Made by a program: the position numbers and the translations under genes. 64,000 bases of DNA from an uncultured delta proteobacterium (GTDB lineage: Bacteria > Myxococcota_A > Polyangia > Polyangiales > Polyangiaceae). Below, piece after piece: positions 41,624 through 51,286 of the stretch (position 1 is its first letter; every line of letters starts with the position of its first letter). The notes beneath the pieces were generated by a model, which did not search any database, was not told the origin of the DNA, and saw only the letters and a list, made by a program, of their open reading frames with translations. The DNA lies in NCBI GenBank assembly GCA_963782055.1, contig CAWAIF010000003.1:4480001-4544000 (forward strand), given 5' to 3'.

Positions 41624-42598
41624 TCAGCTCGCGAGGACGTACGAGAAGATCAACGGCGCGACAATCGTGGCATCGGACTCGATGATGAACCTCGGCCCGC
41701 TGGCGTCGAGCTTGCCCCAGGTGATCTTCTCGTTGGGCACCGCGCCGGAGTAGCTGCCGTACGACGTGGTGCTGTCGGAGACCTGGCAGAAGTAGGCCCA
41801 CTTCTTGACCTCCTTCTTGAGGTCCTGGCTGAGCATGGGCACCACGCAGATGGGGAAGTCTCCCGCGATGCCGCCGCCGATCTGGAAGAAGCCGATGTCG
41901 CACCGCTTCTGCTCCTCGACGTACCAGCCGGCGAGGTACTGCAGGTACTCCAGGCCCGACTTCATCGGGGAGTAGCTCTCGAGCACCCCCTGCATCCGCG
42001 CGGCCACGAACATGTTGCCGTTGGTGCTGTCCTCCCACCCCGGCACGATGATCGGGAGGTTCTTCTCGGCGGCCGCGAGTAGCCAGGAGTGCTTCGGGTC
42101 GACCTGGAAGTCGAGCTTCTTGGTGCGCAGGAGCTGGTAGAAGTACTCGTGCGGGAAGTAGCGCCTCCCCTCCTTCTCCGCCGCCTGCCACAGCTCGATC
42201 ATCTGGCCCTCGATCTTCCGCATCGCCTCTTCCTCGGGGATGCAGGTGTCGGTGACGCGGTTGAGGCCCTGCTCCAGCAGCGCGAGCTCCTGCTCCGCGG
42301 TGAGCGAGCGGTAGCCGGGGACGCGCTTGTAGGCGTCGTGAGCGACGAGGTTGTAGACGTCTTCCTCGAGGTTGGCGCCGGTGCAGCAGATGGCGGAGAC
42401 CTTGTCCCTGCGGATCATCTCGGCGAGCGAGACGCCGAGCTCGGCCGTGCTCATGGCGCCGGCCATGGTGAAGAACATCTTGCCCCCACGTTTGAGCAGC
42501 TCCACCCACGCTTCAGCCGCATCGACGACGACCGCGGCGTTGAAGTGCCGGTAGTTGTGCTTGATGAAGTCGCGGATGTTCTCGTGCGTGTAAGGCAT
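41624..42598 (-). CDS. Deoxyhypusine synthase-like protein (probable homospermidine synthase)
   Basis: MAGAMSTAELG, CTGANLEED, LNRVTD, VPGWEDS, IGGGIAGDF, SYSGAVPNEKITWGK (catalytic Lys retained). Confidence 0.9.
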   Translation of the reverse strand: MPYTHENIRDFIKHNYRHFNAAVVVDAAEAWVELLKRGGKMFFTMAGAMSTAELGVSLAEMIRRDKVSAICCTGANLEEDVYNLVAHDAYKRVPGYRSLTAEQELALLEQGLNRVTDTCIPEEEAMRKIEGQMIELWQAAEKEGRRYFPHEYFYQLLRTKKLDFQVDPKHSWLLAAAEKNLPIIVPGWEDSTNGNMFVAARMQGVLESYSPMKSGLEYLQYLAGWYVEEQKRCDIGFFQIGGGIAGDFPICVVPMLSQDLKKEVKKWAYFCQVSDSTTSYGSYSGAVPNEKITWGKLDASGPRFIIESDATIVAPLIFSYVLAS

Positions 42599-42656
42599 GC
42601 GCGGGGCTTACAGGCCGAGCGCACACAGATCAAGGCGGCCGTGCTCCTCTCCTCCC

Positions 42657-44444
42657 TCAAGCCGCCACGAACTGCCGCTCCACCAGCTTGCGGTACAACC
42701 CGGCCTCGCCGACGAGCTCCGCGTGCGTCCCCTGCTGGACCACCTTCCCGCCGTCCAGCACCACCACCTGATGCGCGTTCTTCACCGTCGACAGCCGGTG
42801 CGCGATCACCAGCGTCGTCCGCCCCTCCAGCAGCCGGTCCAGCGCCTCCTGCACCAGGTGCTCGCTCTCCGCGTCGAGCGCGCTCGTCGCCTCGTCCAGG
42901 ATGAGGATGCGCGGGTCCTTCAGCACCGCCCGCGCGATGGCGATGCGCTGCTTCTGCCCGCCGGAGAGCTGCACGCCGCGCTCGCCGACCCGCGTCGCGT
43001 AGCCCTCCGGGAAGCGCGAGACGAAGTCGTGCGCGTTGGCGGCGCGCGCCGCACGCTCCACCTCCTCGTCGGTCGCGTGGGCGCGCCCGTAGCGGATGTT
43101 GTCGGCGATGCCGCTGGAGAAGAGCATCGGCTCCTGCGCCACCACGCCGATCTGCCGGCGCAGCCACTTGGCGTCCAGCTCGCGCAGATCGCGGCCGTCC
43201 AGGCTCACCGCGCCGGCGATCGGGTCGTAGAGGCGGGAGAGCAGCGCGGCGATGGTGCTCTTGCCTGCGCCCGACGGGCCGACGACCGCCACCACCTTGC
43301 CCGGCTCCAGCACCAGGTCCAGCCCGGAGAGGACTGGCATGTCGGGGCGCGCGGGGTAGGCGAACTCCACCCGCGCCAGCTCGAGGCGGCCGTCCACGCG
43401 CCCCGGCTGCAACCCGCCCTCGCTCGGGATGGCGGGCTCGCGATCGATCAGCTCGAAGACCCGCTCTGCGGCGCCGGCGGCGCGCATGAAGTCGGCCCAG
43501 AGATCGCCCAGCGCGCCGAGGGACACCGCGACGACGAGTGTGTAGACGAGGAAGGAGGTGAGCTGCCCCGCGGTCATGTGCGCGCCGAGCACCAGCCGGC
43601 CGCCGTACCACATCACCAGCGCGATGGCGCCGAGCGCCGCCATCATCGCGGTGCCCATGAAGACTCCGCTCGTGACGATGCGCTCGCGCGCGAGCTGGAA
43701 GGAGCGCTCCACCGCCTCGCCGTAGCGCGCCGACTCGATCGCCTCCGCGGCGAAGGCGCGCACCGTGCGGATGCCGGCGAGGCTCTCCTCCCCCACCGAC
43801 GCCGCCTTGCCCAGGGCGTCCTGCACCTCGCGGGAGAGGCGGCGCAGGCGGCGGCCGTAGACCACCGCGCCGATGGCGATGGCCGGTACGACGGCGAGCA
43901 TCAGCAGGGTGAGGCGCCAGGAGGTGAAGAAGAGCATGGCCAGCCCGCCGGTGACCGCGGCGGCGTTGCGCAGCATCATCGACACGTTGACGCTCACCGC
44001 GTTCTGCAGGACCGTCGTGTCCGACGCGAGGCGGTTGGCGAGATCTCCGGTGCGGTGCTCGTCGAAGAAGGCCACCTCCTGCTCGAGCAGCCGGGCGTAG
44101 GCCTCGCGCCGCAGGCGGGTGACGACGCGCTCGCCGGTCACGGTGAACAGGACGTAGCGGGTGGCGCCCGCGGCGCCGGAGACGACGCCCACGATCAGCA
44201 TGAAGAGGGCGGCCTCGTCGACGGCGTGGGCGCCACCGCCGGTCAGGGCGCCGTCGACCAGGAGGCGGATCGCCTGCGGGAAGACGAGGTTGGCGCTGCT
44301 CGCGACGACGAGGCACGCCAGGCCCACCGCGAGGGTGCGCCACTCCGGCCTGGCCAGGCCCATCATCCGTTTGAGGAGCTGGCGCGCGCGCGCCGGCGGG
44401 ACGCGGGGCCCGTCGGGCGGCAGCGGGTTGTCGAAGCGCGCCAT
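42657..44444 (-). CDS. ABC exporter, fused permease/ATPase (MsbA/ABCB10-like)
   Basis: Six TM segments, GPSGAGKS, LSGGQKQR, LILDEATSALD, IAHRLST. Confidence 0.95.
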   Translation of the reverse strand: MARFDNPLPPDGPRVPPARARQLLKRMMGLARPEWRTLAVGLACLVVASSANLVFPQAIRLLVDGALTGGGAHAVDEAALFMLIVGVVSGAAGATRYVLFTVTGERVVTRLRREAYARLLEQEVAFFDEHRTGDLANRLASDTTVLQNAVSVNVSMMLRNAAAVTGGLAMLFFTSWRLTLLMLAVVPAIAIGAVVYGRRLRRLSREVQDALGKAASVGEESLAGIRTVRAFAAEAIESARYGEAVERSFQLARERIVTSGVFMGTAMMAALGAIALVMWYGGRLVLGAHMTAGQLTSFLVYTLVVAVSLGALGDLWADFMRAAGAAERVFELIDREPAIPSEGGLQPGRVDGRLELARVEFAYPARPDMPVLSGLDLVLEPGKVVAVVGPSGAGKSTIAALLSRLYDPIAGAVSLDGRDLRELDAKWLRRQIGVVAQEPMLFSSGIADNIRYGRAHATDEEVERAARAANAHDFVSRFPEGYATRVGERGVQLSGGQKQRIAIARAVLKDPRILILDEATSALDAESEHLVQEALDRLLEGRTTLVIAHRLSTVKNAHQVVVLDGGKVVQQGTHAELVGEAGLYRKLVERQFVAA

Positions 44445-44509
44445 GTCTGACCTTCCACAGTAAGGCCGATGCCCGCGCCCGGCGTGAAGAAGTGCGAAGG
44501 CGCCCGGGA

Positions 44510-45931
44510 TCAGTGGTGGCGAACGTGCGGGTGAGGGTGCGGCCTGGCCTGCTCCTCCTCGGGGTCGGAGGCCTCGGCGCCCGCCTCCGCCGCGTGCTTC
44601 GCGAGCAGGGCGTTGCGGCGCGTCAAGATCTTGCGGGCGACCACGATGCTCAGGACGACGAACACCAGGTTGGCCAGGACGAAGCCGCGGACGGGGACGG
44701 CAAAGATGCTGGCGGCGACGAAGACCAGCGCCGCGCTGGTGACGTCGCCCATCCGGACGAAGAAGGTGTCGACCGCCTCCTTGGCGATGTACTTGGCGCG
44801 CCGGCTGGTGGGCAGCCACAGCATGTTCAGCGCGGTGTTGTTCATGGAGTAGTCGGTGGCGTTCTCCGCGACGCGGCACGGGAGGGCGACGAGCAGCAGC
44901 GGGAACACGGCGAGCGTCATGTTCCCGGCCAGCGCGACGAAGGGGAGCATCAGGAAGGCGACGCCCACGCCGAGCCGCCGTACCACCCGCGAGACGACGA
45001 AGAGCTCGAGCACCAGGCTGCCCACGTCGACGTACAGGTTGTAGCGGGCGTAGACGCTGCCGATGTAGCCGGCGAGGGCCGCGTGACCCACCGTGTGCTC
45101 CGCTGCCTGCTTCACCAGCTTGGCGAGCACGAACTCGCCGTCGGTCTTGATGACGGTGAAGAGCACCGCGAAGACGGCGATGAGCGTCAGGTAGCGGTCG
45201 CGGATCACCATCCGGAACGCCTCCCCGCGCTTGGCCACCGGGGCCAGCGACCGCCGCACTCCCCCATCCGTCGCGACGCGCGTCTCGCGCAGATGGACGA
45301 TCTGCACGATGGGCGTGGACGCCGCCAGGACCGCGGCGGCCAGGAGGAGCATGCCCGTCGTGCCGATGTGATCGAGCAGCCCGCGCGCGAGCCACGAGCC
45401 GCAGACCGCGCCGAGGGAGGCGCCCACGCCCAGGAGCGGGAAGAGGCGCTTGCCGGCCTCCTCGGAGTAGACGTCGTTCGCGAACGCCCAGAACTGCGCC
45501 ACGATCATCATGTTGAACACGCTGATCCAGACGTAGAACGCGACGGCGAGCGCCGGGCTGGGGCCGAAGGAGCGCGCCCAGAGCCAGAAGAGCAGCAGGT
45601 GGGAGGCGAAGAAGAGGGTGACGCCGATGATCAGCCGGTTGCGCGGCGGGCGCGTGGCGACGCGCGCGTAGAGCGGCACGGCCACCGCCGTGGTGAGCCC
45701 GACGACCGCGCCGAGGTAGATCTTGTCCTGCGGGCCGTGCGAGAGCACCAGGATGAAGGCCTCGCGCACAGGCTTGATGCACGCGTAGGCCATGAGCACG
45801 ACGAACACGTCGAGCGTCAGGAGCAGCGCGGTGAACAGCTCGGAGCGGCGCACGCGCGTGATGGGCAGGAGGAGTCGGACGATCTGCTCGCCGGGCTGGC
45901 TCACGCGCTGCTCGTTCTCCGGAATGGACAC
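44510..45931 (-). CDS. NTT/TLC-family (Npt1/Npt2-like) nucleotide transporter
   Basis: YACIKPVREAFIL, FYVWISVFNMMIVAQFWAFANDVY..EAGKRLFPL, ENATDYSMNNT..LWLPT...KYIAKEAVDTFFVRMGD. Confidence 0.85.
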   Translation of the reverse strand: MSIPENEQRVSQPGEQIVRLLLPITRVRRSELFTALLLTLDVFVVLMAYACIKPVREAFILVLSHGPQDKIYLGAVVGLTTAVAVPLYARVATRPPRNRLIIGVTLFFASHLLLFWLWARSFGPSPALAVAFYVWISVFNMMIVAQFWAFANDVYSEEAGKRLFPLLGVGASLGAVCGSWLARGLLDHIGTTGMLLLAAAVLAASTPIVQIVHLRETRVATDGGVRRSLAPVAKRGEAFRMVIRDRYLTLIAVFAVLFTVIKTDGEFVLAKLVKQAAEHTVGHAALAGYIGSVYARYNLYVDVGSLVLELFVVSRVVRRLGVGVAFLMLPFVALAGNMTLAVFPLLLVALPCRVAENATDYSMNNTALNMLWLPTSRRAKYIAKEAVDTFFVRMGDVTSAALVFVAASIFAVPVRGFVLANLVFVVLSIVVARKILTRRNALLAKHAAEAGAEASDPEEEQARPHPHPHVRHH

Positions 45932-46161
45932 TGTCACCAACGTAAGGTGGTGCGCGCCCCGAGGAAAGGCGGTGGGGTGACGAGCTCCGGTCCTTGGTGC
46001 GCACGCATCTGCCACGGCACGCGCAGGCCATGTTCCACCAGACCTTCCACCGTGCCTTCGACGCCGGGCGAGGAGGCGCGTGCCTTCCGCATGCCTCGGC
46101 GGTGGTGAACCACCCGTAGGTCGAGCACGGCGCGACGTGGACCCCACCGCTGACCCGGGTG

Positions 46162-46177
46162 AGGAACGGCGTATGCA
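46162..46177 (+). promoter_or_regulatory. Possible sigma54 promoter of the USP gene
   Basis: AGGAACGGCGTATGCA (GG-N10-GC), followed by SD GGAGG and ATG 46201. Confidence 0.4.
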
Positions 46178-46200
46178 ACGTTTCTCGGCGGAGGTCTGCC

Positions 46201-46695
46201 ATGACGGCCCAAGTCGCTGAAATCACCGAGCCCCTCCTCGCCGAGGGGCGCTCCATCTTCCGCAGGATATTCGTCCCGATCGACTACACGCCGGACTCAC
46301 AGCGCGCGCTCGGCGCGGCGCTCGAGCTCCAGCGCCTCTACGGGTCGGCGATCCGGCTGTTCCACATCCAGCACGGGGACGGCATGGATGACTTCCTCGG
46401 CGGCCTCGGCAGCCTCGCTGGCTACGGCGACTGGGTGGACGAGGCACGGGGAAGGTTGCGCAGGTACGTCGAGAACGTCGCGCCCAACGCGCTGCCGCAC
46501 GTGGAGCTGCACGCGGGGGTCGGGGGCGAATCCGACAGAGCCACGCTGCTCCGGGCGGAGGCGGCGGAGTGGGATACGACGCTGATGATCGTGACTGAGC
46601 ACCAGCACTCCACCCTCTTTCGCTCGGTGGCCGAGAAGGTCATCCGCGGGATGGGCTGCGCGGTGCTGGTCCTTCCCCCGATCGCCGTGGGCTGA
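46201..46695 (+). CDS. Universal stress protein
   Basis: FRRIFVPIDYTPDS..AL..A, SVAEKVIR..GCAVLVL. Confidence 0.85.
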   Translation: MTAQVAEITEPLLAEGRSIFRRIFVPIDYTPDSQRALGAALELQRLYGSAIRLFHIQHGDGMDDFLGGLGSLAGYGDWVDEARGRLRRYVENVAPNALPHVELHAGVGGESDRATLLRAEAAEWDTTLMIVTEHQHSTLFRSVAEKVIRGMGCAVLVLPPIAVG

Positions 46696-46722
46696 CGCGG
46701 GCCGCGGCGACGGCGCATCCGC

Positions 46723-47733
46723 TCAATGCGCGCGCAGGACGCTCGCCCCCGTGACCTCCGCCCAGTCGTCGGCGAGGTCGTTGGCGGGGGCGACCGCCTG
46801 CGTCGCCGCGGGGACCACTCGCACGCGGCTGGATGGCGGAGCCGATGCGGCCTGCGGGAGGCGAGGCTGCGTCATCGCGGCGAGCGCCTGCCGTCCGAGC
46901 TGGAGCACCTTCGGCTCCGGTGTGTCGTTCACCGCCAGCAGGTCGGCGAGCTCGCGCACCATCCGCTCGCCGTCGCGGACGCTGTCCAGCGCGTGGCGGA
47001 CCTCCTCGTCGAGCAGCGGCGACGACACCGGCGCGGCCGCGTGCTCGTAGAGCAGGCGGATGACGTCCCCGACCAGCGCGAGCTGCTCCTGCATCACCTC
47101 CAGCTCCTGGTAGGATCGGTCCCAGCGCGCGGCGCGCAGCCGCGCGACCTGGAGGCGCTGCGCGGCGAGGCCGCGGGCGGGCTCCGACGACCCGGAGGCG
47201 ACCGCGTTCTGCAGCCCCTGGATCTGGATCGCCAGCGCCTCGCGATCGGTGCCGACGAGGCACGCGCGACCGGAGCAGTACGCCACGGCGCCGCCCACGT
47301 ACGTCGCCAGGAGCTGCCCGATGCCCAGGTAGTCGTCCACCGCGGACGCTCCCCCCTCGCTCGGGCCGAGGGACAGGCGCTCGCGCAGGGCGTCGGCCAG
47401 CACCTCGAGGTGCTGCAGCTCCTGTCGGTGGCCGTCGGTCATCCGCAGCAGCAGGCCCGCGCGCACCCGCGCCGCCATCAGCGCCTCCGCGGCGCGCACC
47501 CGCTGATCCACCCACCGGCGAAACGCGGGCGTCTGCGGGACGGCGACCAGGAGCATCGCCTCGAGCACGGCGAACGTCACGATGGTGGGCATCGACCACG
47601 CGAAGAAGAGCGCGAAGGGGAGGCAGACAAGGGCGAGCACGTGCGCCGGATGCGCCACCGCGTGGCGGAGATAGAGGGCGCGCCTGCGGTGCTTCACGGG
47701 CCCGAGGTCTTGCGGCTTTTCGTGCGTCGTCAT
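46723..47733 (-). CDS. Hypothetical membrane-anchored coiled-coil protein
   Basis: Two N-terminal TM segments followed by long amphipathic helices; strong GC3 bias. Confidence 0.75.
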   Translation of the reverse strand: MTTHEKPQDLGPVKHRRRALYLRHAVAHPAHVLALVCLPFALFFAWSMPTIVTFAVLEAMLLVAVPQTPAFRRWVDQRVRAAEALMAARVRAGLLLRMTDGHRQELQHLEVLADALRERLSLGPSEGGASAVDDYLGIGQLLATYVGGAVAYCSGRACLVGTDREALAIQIQGLQNAVASGSSEPARGLAAQRLQVARLRAARWDRSYQELEVMQEQLALVGDVIRLLYEHAAAPVSSPLLDEEVRHALDSVRDGERMVRELADLLAVNDTPEPKVLQLGRQALAAMTQPRLPQAASAPPSSRVRVVPAATQAVAPANDLADDWAEVTGASVLRAH

Positions 47734-47771
47734 GGGGACCCTTGTGGGGCAATCTCGCTCCCGAGGATCGT

Positions 47772-47787
47772 TGCACGAACGGTGCCG
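47772..47787 (-). promoter_or_regulatory. sigma54 promoter of the coiled-coil gene
   Basis: Minus strand CGGCACCGTTCGTGCA (GG-N10-GC), about 40 nt upstream of the ATG. Confidence 0.55.
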
Positions 47788-47909
47788 AGCGCGGGCCCGG
47801 TGGCGAGCGTTCCGGCGTGCCCCGACCCCGCGCACCCCCTGCGTTCGCGGCGCAAGCCACGGCGGCCTCGGGCGGCACCGCAGCGACGTGATGCGGTAGG
47901 ATGCCGACG

Positions 47910-49646
47910 GTGACCAACGACACGATCGCCCACACCTTCCTGGAGCTGGCCGATGTCCACGAGCTGCTCGGCGAGGTGCCCTTCAAGGTGCGCGCCTTTC
48001 GCGCCGCGGCGCGCGCGATCGAGGGCCTCGGCGAGCCCATCGTCGAGAAGGTCCACAAGGGCACGCTCGGCAAGGTGCCCGGCATCGGCGAGGGGATGAT
48101 CCGCCGCCTCGAGGAGCTGGTGAAGACCGGCAAGCTCGGCGAGCTGGAGGCGACACGCGCGCGCCTGCCGCCGGGGCTGACCGCGCTGATGAACATCCCG
48201 GGCATCGGCGTGAAGACCGCGCAGCAGCTCTGGAAGGAGCGCGCCATCACCTCCGTCGACGAGCTGGAGGCCGCGGCGAAGGCGGGGAAGCTCAGGGACC
48301 TGGAGCGCTTCGGCGAGAAGCGCGAGGAGAAGCTCATCGCCGCCATCGCGGCGTGGCGCAAGCGCGCCGCCGCACCCAGGCGCTGGCCGATGGCGGAGGC
48401 CCTGGGCCTGGCCGAGGCGCTGTGCGAGCGGATCGCCGCGGTGAAGGGCGTCGAGGAGTGCCAGTTCGCCGGGAGCCTGCGGCGGCGCAGGGAGACGGTC
48501 GGCGACCTGGACGTGCTCGTCGTGGCGGAGGCGGAGCACGCCTTGGCCATCATGGACGCCTTCGTGTCACTCCCGGAGGTGACCGAGGTGCTCGCCAAGG
48601 GCGAGACGAAGAGCAGCGTGGTGCTGGAGGGCGGCCTCCAGTCGGACCTGCGCGTGGTGCCCCGCGAGTGCTTCGGCGCAGCGCTCCAGTACTTCACCGG
48701 CTCGAAGGAGCACAACGTCGCGGTGCGCACCCTCGCGGTGAAGCAGCACCTGAAGCTGAGCGAGTACGGCGTCTTCGACGCGAAGGACAGGCGCATCGCC
48801 GGCGAGACGGAAGAGGACGTGTACCGCGCGGTGGGCCTGGCGTGGATGCCGCCCGAGCTGCGGGAGAACCGGGGTGAGGTGGAGGCCGCGCGCACCGGCA
48901 AGCTCCCGGTGCTCGTGGAGATGGCGGATCTCGCCGGCGATCTGCACATGCACACCACCGAGACCGACGGCCGCGCCTCGCTCCGCGAGATGGTGGAGGC
49001 GGCGCGCAAGGCGGGCCGCCGCTACGTCGCCATCACCGATCACTCCCAGGCGCTGGGCGTCGCGCGCGGCATGACGCCGGAGCGACTGAAGGCGCAGGTG
49101 AAGGTGATCCGCGCGCTGCAGGAGGAGCTGGGCGACGCGTTCACGGTCCTCGCGGGGGTGGAGGCGGACATCCTCGCCGATGGCACCGTCGACCTGGCCG
49201 GCGAGCTCGGAGGCCTCGACTGGGTGGTGGGCAGCGTCCACTCGCAGCTCAAGATGCCCCGCGAGGAGATGACGAAGCGCGTGGTGCGCGCCATCGAGTC
49301 GGGGCTCATCGACTGCCTCGGACACCCGACGGGCCGCCTGCTCAACGAGCGCGAGCCCAGCCAGATCGACATGGACGCGGTGCTGCGGGCGCTCCAGCGC
49401 ACCGGCGTCGCCGTGGAGCTGAACGCGTCGCCCCTGCGGCTGGACATCTCGGAGAACACCGCGCACATGGCGAGGGAGATGGGCATCCCGGTGGTCCTCG
49501 ACTCCGACGCGCACAGCACCCGCGAGCTCGGCTTCCTCGAGTACGGGCTGGGCATCGCGCGGCGTGCGTGGCTGGGCCCGGAGCACGTGCTGACGACACG
49601 CTCGGCGAAGGCGCTGGCGGACTGGCGCGAGGCGCGCGCGAGCTGA
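47910..49646 (+). CDS. polX: DNA polymerase X with PHP (3'-5' exonuclease/phosphoesterase) domain
   Basis: HhH motifs (VPGIG, IPGIGVK), GSLRRRRETVGDLDVLV, QSDLRVV, YFTGSKEHN; PHP motifs DLHMHT, TDHS, GHPTG, DSDAH. Start is GTG 47910 (alternative ATG 47901). Confidence 0.95.
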   Translation: MTNDTIAHTFLELADVHELLGEVPFKVRAFRAAARAIEGLGEPIVEKVHKGTLGKVPGIGEGMIRRLEELVKTGKLGELEATRARLPPGLTALMNIPGIGVKTAQQLWKERAITSVDELEAAAKAGKLRDLERFGEKREEKLIAAIAAWRKRAAAPRRWPMAEALGLAEALCERIAAVKGVEECQFAGSLRRRRETVGDLDVLVVAEAEHALAIMDAFVSLPEVTEVLAKGETKSSVVLEGGLQSDLRVVPRECFGAALQYFTGSKEHNVAVRTLAVKQHLKLSEYGVFDAKDRRIAGETEEDVYRAVGLAWMPPELRENRGEVEAARTGKLPVLVEMADLAGDLHMHTTETDGRASLREMVEAARKAGRRYVAITDHSQALGVARGMTPERLKAQVKVIRALQEELGDAFTVLAGVEADILADGTVDLAGELGGLDWVVGSVHSQLKMPREEMTKRVVRAIESGLIDCLGHPTGRLLNEREPSQIDMDAVLRALQRTGVAVELNASPLRLDISENTAHMAREMGIPVVLDSDAHSTRELGFLEYGLGIARRAWLGPEHVLTTRSAKALADWREARAS

Positions 49647-49648
49647 CC

Positions 49649-50740
49649 GTGGCCTACCTCATCGCGCCGCCCGTCGAGCCCATGCTCGCCAAGCTCTCCA
49701 GCGCGCTGCCGGAGGGCGAGGCGTGGATCTTCGAGCCCAAGTGGGACGGCTTCCGCGCCCTCGTCTTCCGCGATCACGACGAGCTCTACATCCAGAGCCG
49801 CGATCTCAAGCCGCTGCAGCGCTACTTCCCCGAGCTGACGGCGCCGCTCCTGGCCCAGCTCCCCGAGCGGTGCGTGCTGGACGGCGAGATCGTCATCGCG
49901 CGCGGCGGCGTGCTGGACTTCGACGCGCTGCTGCTGCGCATCCACCCCGCCGAGTCGCGCGTGGCGATGCTGGCGAAGGAGTCGCCCGCGGCCTTCGTGG
50001 CGTTCGACCTGCTGGCGCTGGGCGACCAGGACGTGCGCGCACGCCCGCAGAAGGAGCGGCGCGCGATGCTGGAGGCCGCGCTGGCCGGCGCGAAGCCTCC
50101 GGTGTACCTCACGCCCGCCACGCGCGACCGCGCGGTGGCCGACGACTGGTTCCATCGCTTCGAGGGCGCGGGCCTGGACGGCGTCGTCGCCAAGGCCGAC
50201 GACCTGGTCTACTCGCCGGGCAAGCGCACCATGCTGAAGGTGAAGCACGCGCGCACCGCCGACTGCGCGGTGGCGGGCTTCCGCTGGTTCAAGGGCGGGC
50301 GCGGCAAGCTGGTCGGCTCGCTGCTGCTCGGCCTGTACGACGCGGAGGGCAAGCTGCAGCACGTCGGCATCTGCGCCTCCTTCAAGCGGGAGATGCGCGA
50401 GAAGCTGGCGGTGGAGCTCGCCCCGCTCCGGGAGAACGCGCGGGAGGGTCACCCCTGGGCGAGCTGGGCAGGCCAGTCGGAGGAGCATACCCCCCAGCGG
50501 CGGCCGGGGATGCAGAGCCGCTGGAGCCACGGCAAGGATCTCTCGTGGGAGCCGCTGCGCATCGAGCGAGTGTGCGAGGTGGGCTTCGACCACCTCCAGG
50601 GCCGGCGCTTCCGCCACGCCACGCACTTCAAGCGGTGGCGACCGGAGAAGGCGCCGCGTGACTGCGACTACGCGCAGCTGGAGGAGACGCCGGCGTACGA
50701 GGTGTCGGCGATCTTCGGCGCCGGCGGCGCTGGATCCTGA
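49649..50740 (+). CDS. ligC: ATP-dependent DNA ligase, LigC type
   Basis: PVEPMLAK, FEPKWDGFR (adenylation Lys), LDGEIV, FVAFDLL, GLDGVVAK, MLKVKH, GSLLLGLY, RFRH..RWRPEK; starts 3 nt after the polX stop. Confidence 0.92.
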   Translation: MAYLIAPPVEPMLAKLSSALPEGEAWIFEPKWDGFRALVFRDHDELYIQSRDLKPLQRYFPELTAPLLAQLPERCVLDGEIVIARGGVLDFDALLLRIHPAESRVAMLAKESPAAFVAFDLLALGDQDVRARPQKERRAMLEAALAGAKPPVYLTPATRDRAVADDWFHRFEGAGLDGVVAKADDLVYSPGKRTMLKVKHARTADCAVAGFRWFKGGRGKLVGSLLLGLYDAEGKLQHVGICASFKREMREKLAVELAPLRENAREGHPWASWAGQSEEHTPQRRPGMQSRWSHGKDLSWEPLRIERVCEVGFDHLQGRRFRHATHFKRWRPEKAPRDCDYAQLEETPAYEVSAIFGAGGAGS

Positions 50741-50788
50741 CCTGGCCTCCCCCGTGGCACTCGCCATGCGGCGCGGTAGGATGAGCCC

Positions 50789-51166
50789 ATGACATCTTCC
50801 TCCCTTCGCTTCAGCGGTCTGTCCCTCTCGCTCGCCGTCTCCGCGCTCGTCGGCCTCGCCGCCGTCGCCTGCGGCGACTCCTCCTCCACCGGCGACGACG
50901 GCGGCACGCCCGAGGCCTCGATCGACGCGGCCACCGACACCACGCCGGGCGACGCGGCGTCGGACGGCGGCTCCTCCGGCGACGCCACGGCCGACGCGCC
51001 CTCCGACGCGGGCGGCACGCTCGACGCCGGGGACACGTGCGAGCTCAAGAACGATCAGTGCGGCCCGGGGCTCAAGTGCTGCGGCGGCGGCGCCGTCACG
51101 CCCGACGCCGGCACCGGCCACTGCGTCGTGCCGACGGACGGCGGCACCTGCCCGCTGGTCCCCTGA
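50789..51166 (+). CDS. Small Cys-rich lipoprotein
   Basis: Lipobox-like AAVAC, DAG-rich linker, six-Cys C-terminal module. Confidence 0.8.
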   Translation: MTSSSLRFSGLSLSLAVSALVGLAAVACGDSSSTGDDGGTPEASIDAATDTTPGDAASDGGSSGDATADAPSDAGGTLDAGDTCELKNDQCGPGLKCCGGGAVTPDAGTGHCVVPTDGGTCPLVP

Positions 51167-51286
51167 GGGGGGGCGAGCACGCCGGAGTCGGGCTTCTTGC
51201 GGAGCCACGGACCGGACCCGGCCGGCGTCTTCTGACGGCCCGGCCCGGGTTGCGTCCGGCGTCGGGCGCGGACACAGTGCCGCGTC

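Noticed and set aside
50755..50770. sigma54-like TGGCACTCGCCATGCG upstream of the Cys-rich lipoprotein
   Set aside because: It competes with a well-placed TAGGAT -10 six nt before the ATG; the sequence alone cannot decide between them, so it is not listed as a feature.
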